A DNA stretch of 64,000 bases from an uncultured virus (IMG/VR IMGVR_UViG_3300043410_000597) (lineage: Duplodnaviria > Heunggongvirae > Uroviricota > Caudoviricetes > Crassvirales): the IMG/VR virus record IMGVR_UViG_3300043410_000597. One strand, written 5' to 3'. This document shows, piece by piece, positions 58,063-64,000 of this stretch. Under the pieces are notes generated by a model. It did not search any database. It saw nothing but the letters and a program-made list of their open reading frames with translations, and was not told where the DNA came from. Within the stretch, counting starts at the first letter, position 1. Every line of letters begins with the position of its first letter. A program made the position numbers and the translations under genes.

Positions 58063-58541
58063 TTTTTTATTTTCCATATAAATCCACCTGCGTGAGACAT
58101 GAGGTTTTGTGTATTAAGAGAAATACTTTTTCTGTCTACTTTAGTTGCTTTGTATGCATCTAATATTGACCTGTATTCGGCAACAAATTCACCTTCTTTT
58201 GTATATTGTATTACAGGTGTTTTTCTATTATTTATAAGACCAGTTCTGTGTGCGTGATATTTATTCTCACTATCTGTAACCCACTCTAAATTTTCAATAT
58301 TATTATTTAAAGGATTGCCATCAATATGATTTATTTGCGGCTTATTATGTGGGTTAGGAATAAATGCCTTAGCAATTAACCTATGCACAAATTGATGTTT
58401 CTTTTTATTATTTTTCCACAACTCAACCATAAGTCTACCCTGATTAACAGTTTGTTTTATTTTATGGCACGTAGAAGTATTTCTTATGACTCCTTGATGA
58501 TTAATCATGTAATTTGGAAACTCCTCTATTAATTTTTCCAT
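58059..58541 (-). CDS. HNH homing endonuclease with NUMOD1-like C-terminus
   Basis: VHRLIAKAFIPNP.NKPQINHIDG..NN..NLEW; PVIQY..AGGFIW; -7 box at 58573-58580. Confidence 0.9.
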   Translation of the reverse strand: MEKLIEEFPNYMINHQGVIRNTSTCHKIKQTVNQGRLMVELWKNNKKKHQFVHRLIAKAFIPNPHNKPQINHIDGNPLNNNIENLEWVTDSENKYHAHRTGLINNRKTPVIQYTKEGEFVAEYRSILDAYKATKVDRKSISLNTQNLMSHAGGFIWKIKK

Positions 58542-58637
58542 TTTAATATTATTATTGTGTATAATGATAATCCAAAATTACGTAATATTACGCCATAATA
58601 AAATATAATTAGTACTTTTACAAAAAAATATAATACA

Positions 58638-58892
58638 ATGGATAAATTAACACAAGACGAGTTGGATCGTTTCAGAGCCGCTCATACAGAAATCAGAAAT
58701 CTTCGCAACGCTTTAGCAGATGCCGAGATTACAATTCACAATTCCAACGTAGAGAAACAATCTATTTTAGCTCAGTTAGATACAGCTGGTACAACACACG
58801 TTGCCATTCAGCAAGAACTACACGCTAAGTACGGAGATATCACGATTGACTTTGCGACAGGAGAAATCAAGAACAAAGATGGTAATTCGTAA
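58638..58892 (+). CDS. Coiled-coil hypothetical protein
   Basis: Ends KYGDITIDFATGEI. Confidence 0.65.
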   Translation: MDKLTQDELDRFRAAHTEIRNLRNALADAEITIHNSNVEKQSILAQLDTAGTTHVAIQQELHAKYGDITIDFATGEIKNKDGNS

Positions 58893-59097
58893 AATATCAG
58901 TTGGTGCAGACTACAAGAATGCAATGAACTATATGCATAATCAAGTAGTCTTACAAGGTAACTATAGAATACATTTGATTCGTCAGACCGAAGCAGGAGA
59001 TATTGAAATCTACATTGAGGCTCACGATGAAGTGGTTTTATGGAAAAAGATTAATGGCAATATGCCATTCTTAATTGAATATAATATAGATTTCTAA
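58879..59097 (+). CDS. Hypothetical protein
   Basis: MVIRKISVGADYKNAM.Y..WKK..MP..IEY. Confidence 0.65.
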   Translation: MVIRKISVGADYKNAMNYMHNQVVLQGNYRIHLIRQTEAGDIEIYIEAHDEVVLWKKINGNMPFLIEYNIDF

Positions 59098-59098
59098 T

Positions 59099-59662
59099 AT
59101 GAAGTCCCCATTTTACTTTATAGTGCAACCCCGTGATGGCAAGAGATATGACAACACGAGGGGAGAGCTCATTATTTCTACATCGAAAGAAGACCACCTT
59201 GCTACTATGCGTGAGGCTGTTGTTATCTCTACGCCTATTGGATACGAGGGTCCTATTGAACCAGGTGATACAGTCATTGTGCATCACAATACCTTTAGGT
59301 TGTATTACGATATGCGTGGTAGAGAGAAATCTGCTTGGAATTATTTCCGAGAGGACTTGTACTTTATTGATGATCCATATGCATACAAGAAGCCGGGTGC
59401 TGATTGGATTGGTATTGGTCGCTATGTTTTCATATCTCCGGTAGAAAATTATAGTACAGGCATACTTACTGCGGACGCAGAGAAGCCTCTTGTAGGCACG
59501 ATAAAGTATCCAAACGAAGAAGTACTAGCACTAGGATTAAAAGAGGGTGACACGGTCACGTTTGAGCCTGAGAGCGAGTATCCATTCTATATTGATGGTG
59601 AGAAAGTGTACCGTATGTATACTAAGAATCTAACAATTAAATTAGATGAACAAAATAACTGA
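59099..59662 (+). CDS. GroES-like protein with two tandem GroES-like folds
   Basis: AVVISTP..IEPGDTVIVHHN and GTIKY..GLKEGDTVTF..IDGEKVYRM. Confidence 0.6.
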   Translation: MKSPFYFIVQPRDGKRYDNTRGELIISTSKEDHLATMREAVVISTPIGYEGPIEPGDTVIVHHNTFRLYYDMRGREKSAWNYFREDLYFIDDPYAYKKPGADWIGIGRYVFISPVENYSTGILTADAEKPLVGTIKYPNEEVLALGLKEGDTVTFEPESEYPFYIDGEKVYRMYTKNLTIKLDEQNN

Positions 59663-59927
59663 GTTAAAGAAACGCATCATTGACTCTGGATATAAAGCCG
59701 TTGAAGAGTTAATCAAAGTTGCTGAGGAGAAGATTGTTACCCACATGGATGATGACTTGTCTGCAGACAAATTAAAGAACGCAGCCGCAGCAAAGAAGTT
59801 AGCCATTATGGATGCTTTTGAGATTCTTAAAAGAGTCGAGGAGGAGAATAATATTATTGAGGGAGTAGTTGGAAACTCTGCACCTACCAACCGTGGGTTT
59901 GCAGAACAAAGAGCAAAGACTAAATGA
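59646..59927 (+). CDS. Terminase small subunit candidate
   Basis: 93-aa helical protein coupled (ATGA) to the large terminase gene. Confidence 0.45.
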   Translation: MNKITELKKRIIDSGYKAVEELIKVAEEKIVTHMDDDLSADKLKNAAAAKKLAIMDAFEILKRVEEENNIIEGVVGNSAPTNRGFAEQRAKTK

Positions 59928-62137
59928 GTTTATTCTATATTGATGAGTCTAATGTTCCTGAGAAGATTCTTGCAAAGAGAAATGCAAAGAAGGATTGGGA
60001 GTATGGTTGGGACCCTGAGTACGACTTTGTGGTCGTGTCAAAAGATGGCACGATTGGAGAGGTGTACAATATCAGTGGTCTAAGGGTTGCTCTACCACTA
60101 GCTCCTGAGAAAGTTGAATATGATGGCAACAAGTGGAAAGCGACCGAGCTTCCTAAAGAACTATCTCGCATTAAGACTATCTTTGATTGGAACCGTCGTG
60201 ACAACTCATTTAAGTCTCAATGGGTAGACTACATCGAGAAGGAGTTTGATAGACGTGAATTAGGTTATTGGTTTATAAACAATTCCGAGAAGACTTATAT
60301 CACAGGTGCACATTATATGTATCTGCAATGGTCAAAGACTGACGTAGGTCATCCTGACTTCCGTGAATCAAATAGAATATTCTTTTTATTTTGGGAAGCG
60401 TGTAAGGCTGACAGCAGATGCTTTGGTATGTGCTATCTTAAGAACCGTCGTTCAGGTTTCTCTTTTATGGCCTCCTCGGAAGCCGTAAACATTGCAACCT
60501 TAGCCAAGGATGCTCGTATAGGTTTAACATCTAAGACAGGTCCCGATGCTAAGAAGATGTTTACAGACAAAGTTGTTCCAATTGCGAACAACTACCCGTT
60601 CTTTTTTCAACCAGTGCGTGATGGTATGACAACTCCAAAGACGGAGCTTGCCTTCCGTGTGCCAGCTTCTAAGATTACTCGTAAGAATATGCACGAGGAA
60701 AACGAGGAAGAGATTGATGGATTGGATACAACTATTGACTGGCGTAACACAGCAGACAACTCCTATGATGGAGAAAAATTATTATATTTGGTTGAGGATG
60801 AGGCTGCTAAGTTAGAGCGTCCTATGAACATAGAGAACGGTTGGCGTGTCAGAAAAACTTGTCTTCGTCTAGGTGCTAGGATCATCGGTAAGTGTATGAT
60901 GGGATCAACATCTAATGCACTAGATAAAGGTGGAGAAAACTATAAACGTATTTACTATGACTCGAACGTCAAGAAAAGAAACCAGAATGGTCAGACTATA
61001 TCGGGTCTATATTCGCTCTTTATTCCAATGGAGTATAACTTTGAGGGATATATTGACGAGTACGGTCACGCAGTCCTAGAGACACCAGAGAAACCTGTGC
61101 GTTCAGCAGAGGGTACTTGGATAACACAAGGCGTAATTGAGTATTGGAACAATGAGGTGGCATCGCTAAAAGCTAACCCTGATGCACTAAACGAATTCTA
61201 TCGTCAGTTCCCTAGAACAGAATCACACGCTTTCCGTGATGAGACTAAGTCATCTCTATTTAACTTGACTAAAATCTATCAGCAGATAGATTATAATGAT
61301 AGCTTAATCCAAGACCACGTTCTAACACGTGGCTACTTTCATTGGGCTAATGGAGAAAAAGATACTAGAGTTGTTTGGACACCTGACAAGAATGGTCGGT
61401 TCCTAGTATCTTGGATACCGGGACCAGGCATCAATAATAATTATATTACTAAGAATGGGAATAGATATCCAGGTAATGAGCATATTGGTGCGTTTGGCTG
61501 TGACCCCTATGACATCTCAGGTGCTACCTTTGGTGGATCAAATGGCTCACTGCACGGATTAACCAAGTTTAATATGACAGGTGCACCATCCAATCAATTC
61601 TTTTTAGAATACATTGCTCGTCCACAGACAGCAGAGATATTCTTTGAAGAGGTACTGATGGCTTGCGTGTTCTATGGTATGCCTATTCTTTGTGAGAATA
61701 ACAAAGCACGTTTGCTTTACCACTTTAAGAATAGAGGCTATCGTGGGTTCTCAATGAACCGTCCTGATAAGCACGCACATAAATTGTCGTTCACAGAAAG
61801 AGAGATTGGTGGTATACCGTCATCAAGTGAAGATATTAAGCAAGCACACGCCACGGCAATCGAGACATACATTGAGCGTTTTGTGGGATTAGACATGGAG
61901 GGTAACTACCGTCAGCCTGATGAAATAGGCGATATGCCGTTCAATAAGACACTTCAAGACTGGGCTAGATTCGACGTAAACGACAGAACTAAATTTGATG
62001 CGTCAATTAGTTCGGGATATGCTATTATGGCAAATCAAAAGCACGTATATTTGCCTGAGAAAAAAGAGTCAAAAATAAGCATTAAATTTGCAACTTACGA
62101 TAACACTGGTTCCTTCAGTAGAATTAACAAGATATGA
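59924..62137 (+). CDS. terL: Terminase large subunit
   Basis: LKNRRSGFS (Walker A variant), LVEDE (Walker B), GST, GCDPY, CENN nuclease-domain motifs. Confidence 0.9.
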   Translation: MSLFYIDESNVPEKILAKRNAKKDWEYGWDPEYDFVVVSKDGTIGEVYNISGLRVALPLAPEKVEYDGNKWKATELPKELSRIKTIFDWNRRDNSFKSQWVDYIEKEFDRRELGYWFINNSEKTYITGAHYMYLQWSKTDVGHPDFRESNRIFFLFWEACKADSRCFGMCYLKNRRSGFSFMASSEAVNIATLAKDARIGLTSKTGPDAKKMFTDKVVPIANNYPFFFQPVRDGMTTPKTELAFRVPASKITRKNMHEENEEEIDGLDTTIDWRNTADNSYDGEKLLYLVEDEAAKLERPMNIENGWRVRKTCLRLGARIIGKCMMGSTSNALDKGGENYKRIYYDSNVKKRNQNGQTISGLYSLFIPMEYNFEGYIDEYGHAVLETPEKPVRSAEGTWITQGVIEYWNNEVASLKANPDALNEFYRQFPRTESHAFRDETKSSLFNLTKIYQQIDYNDSLIQDHVLTRGYFHWANGEKDTRVVWTPDKNGRFLVSWIPGPGINNNYITKNGNRYPGNEHIGAFGCDPYDISGATFGGSNGSLHGLTKFNMTGAPSNQFFLEYIARPQTAEIFFEEVLMACVFYGMPILCENNKARLLYHFKNRGYRGFSMNRPDKHAHKLSFTEREIGGIPSSSEDIKQAHATAIETYIERFVGLDMEGNYRQPDEIGDMPFNKTLQDWARFDVNDRTKFDASISSGYAIMANQKHVYLPEKKESKISIKFATYDNTGSFSRINKI

Positions 62138-64000
62138 ACAAACCAACTGGAATATTAATGCCAGATACCCAATTCCCTTCGCAGTTAGCAACTGATGCGG
62201 AGAAGGCATCTTGGGAGTATGGATTAAGAATTGGTCAAAGCATCTCATACGAATGGTTTGCTAAAACAGGCAATAGCTGCCGATACTATTCACAATGGAT
62301 TGATTTCCATAGAGTTAGACTTTATGCTCGTGGTGAGCAACCAGTAGCTAAATACAAAAGCCAATTAGAAGTTGATGGCGATATGTCGCATATCAACCTA
62401 GACTGGACTCCTGTACCAATCATCCCTAAGTTTGTTGACATCGTTGTAAATGGTATGCACGACCGCTTATTTGAGGTTAAAGCATATGCACAAGATGCAA
62501 TGTCATCTAACAAACGCTCTAAGTTTCAAGAGATGGTTGAGGCAGATATGATTGCTAAAGACTTCTTAGTTCAGACTAAGCAAGAGTTTGGTATTGATGC
62601 ATTCAATGTTCCTGAGCAAGACTTGCCAGAGAATGACCAAGAGTTATCGTTATATATGCAGCTTAATTATAAGCCTGCAATTGAGATTGCTGAGGAGGAG
62701 GCAATCAATACTATTTTAGATTTAAACCATTATCAAGACGTTCGTAAAAGGGTCGACTACGACATCACAACAATCGGTATCGGAGTAGTAAAACACTCAT
62801 TTGTGCCGGGAACAGGAGTTCGTGTTGAGTATGTTGACCCCGCTAACATTGTTTATAGTTACACTGAATCTCCAACATTTGACGATTGTTTCTATTGGGG
62901 AGAAGTAAAGCAAGTACCAATCACTGAACTAATTAAGATTAAGCCAGACATTACAAAAGAGGAGTTGGCTGAGATTCAACAATTAGGAACAGCGTGGTAC
63001 AATTATTATGGAATTATGCGTCCTTATCGTAGCGATATCTTCAATAGAGATGTAGTTACGTTATTATATTTTAATTATAAAACTGACAAGACGTTTGTTT
63101 ACAAGAAGAAATATCTTGAGAACAATGGCGTTCGTGTAATCCAAAAAGATGAAAATTTCAACCCTCCTGAAGGAACTGAAGAAAGATTCGAGAGAATTGA
63201 AAAGAGAATTGATGTATGGTACGAAGGTATTATGGTACCTGGATCTCCTTATTTACTTAAGTGGGAGCTTGCTCGCAATATGGTTCGCCCTAAGTCTGCT
63301 TCTCAATATGCGTTACCAAACTACATCGCTGTAGCACCAAGAATGTACAAAGGTATCATCGAGTCATTGACTCGTCGTATGATTCCTTTTGCTGACTTAA
63401 TTCAAATGACCCATCTTAAATTACAACAAGTTCTACAACGTGTTGTGCCGGATGGTGTGTTCATCGATGCTGATGGTATCAATGAGGTTGACTTAGGAAC
63501 TGGTGGTGCTTACAATCCTGAGGATGCTCTTCGTTTGTATTTCCAAACGGGTAGTGTTATTGGACGTAGTATGACTACTGATGGTGATTTAAACCATGGT
63601 CGTGTACCAATACAAGAGTTAAACACTAATAGTGGTCAAGGTAAGATTACTGCATTGATTAATGCATACAATCAATACCTAAGTATGATCCGTGATGTAA
63701 CAGGATTGAATGAGGCTCGTGATGCCTCCACTCCTAGTCCGGATGCATTAGTTGGCGTTCAGAAACTTGCTGCATTAAATTCAAATACAGCAACTCGCCA
63801 TATCTTAGAAGGAAGTTTATTTATCACTCGTAGATTATCTGAAGCGTTGTCGCTTCGTGTTGCCGATATCTTAGAATACTCTGACTTTAAAGAAGAGTTT
63901 ACTATGCAAATCGGTAAGTATGCTGTTGGTCTTTTAGAAGAAATTAAAGATTTATACTTACACGACTTCGGTATTTTCATCGAGGTTGCTCCTGACGAAG
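62134..64000 (+). CDS. Portal protein (partial, runs off the window)
   Basis: ATG 62134 reads MNKPTGILMPDTQFPSQ..RLYARGEQ..NLDWTPVPIIPKFVDIVVNG; directly follows terL. Confidence 0.85.
   Translation, partial: MNKPTGILMPDTQFPSQLATDAEKASWEYGLRIGQSISYEWFAKTGNSCRYYSQWIDFHRVRLYARGEQPVAKYKSQLEVDGDMSHINLDWTPVPIIPKFVDIVVNGMHDRLFEVKAYAQDAMSSNKRSKFQEMVEADMIAKDFLVQTKQEFGIDAFNVPEQDLPENDQELSLYMQLNYKPAIEIAEEEAINTILDLNHYQDVRKRVDYDITTIGIGVVKHSFVPGTGVRVEYVDPANIVYSYTESPTFDDCFYWGEVKQVPITELIKIKPDITKEELAEIQQLGTAWYNYYGIMRPYRSDIFNRDVVTLLYFNYKTDKTFVYKKKYLENNGVRVIQKDENFNPPEGTEERFERIEKRIDVWYEGIMVPGSPYLLKWELARNMVRPKSASQYALPNYIAVAPRMYKGIIESLTRRMIPFADLIQMTHLKLQQVLQRVVPDGVFIDADGINEVDLGTGGAYNPEDALRLYFQTGSVIGRSMTTDGDLNHGRVPIQELNTNSGQGKITALINAYNQYLSMIRDVTGLNEARDASTPSPDALVGVQKLAALNSNTATRHILEGSLFITRRLSEALSLRVADILEYSDFKEEFTMQIGKYAVGLLEEIKDLYLHDFGIFIEVAPDE

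Noticed and set aside
1..64000. Stop-codon reassignment as in some crAss-like phages
   Set aside because: Genes are full length under the standard code, and TAG and TGA are both used as real stops (e.g. 9311, 56058, 6615)
1..64000. Prophage or host chromosome flank, prompted by groEL and the outer-membrane genes
   Set aside because: No integrase, repressor or housekeeping context; those genes are embedded among and coupled to phage genes

Overview
This window is most of the genome of a lytic, podovirus-type dsDNA tailed phage that almost certainly infects a Bacteroidota host. Host evidence: TAnnTTTG -7 promoter boxes, A-rich leaders without Shine-Dalgarno sites, signal peptides cleaving before Gln, a BACON domain and a BT4734-like primase. 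Layout: (1) 131-15201 (+): tail tube, a split stabilization/nozzle gene, a GNAT and internal virion proteins, including a 1957-aa protein with an ADP-ribosyltransferase-like insert. (2) 15254-36006 (-): nucleotide metabolism, replication and recombination (NrdA/NrdB, MazG-like, helicase, PAPS-reductase-like, primase-helicase, SSB/exonuclease/Sak; no DNA polymerase), then many small early genes. (3) About 36000-36970: non-coding strand switch, probably the genome end and origin. (4) 36975-64000 (mostly +): GroEL/GroES, small Lys-rich proteins, head-spike base, lysis genes, a six-gene exported module, a Gly-Thr-Ser repeat fibre next to a two-domain glycosyltransferase, terminase and a truncated portal. 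The strongest candidate for an undescribed system is the six-gene envelope module at 44507-49320 (two CsgG-like paralogues, a cohesin/dockerin-like protein, a lipoprotein, a small membrane protein and a beta-barrel). Other highlights: a 43-codon gene nested in the +1 frame of the giant virion gene, a duplicated origin-like element, a boxA-like site in the early leader and a pseudoknot-type leader before an HNH gene. All family assignments come from recognising motifs by eye, not from database searches.
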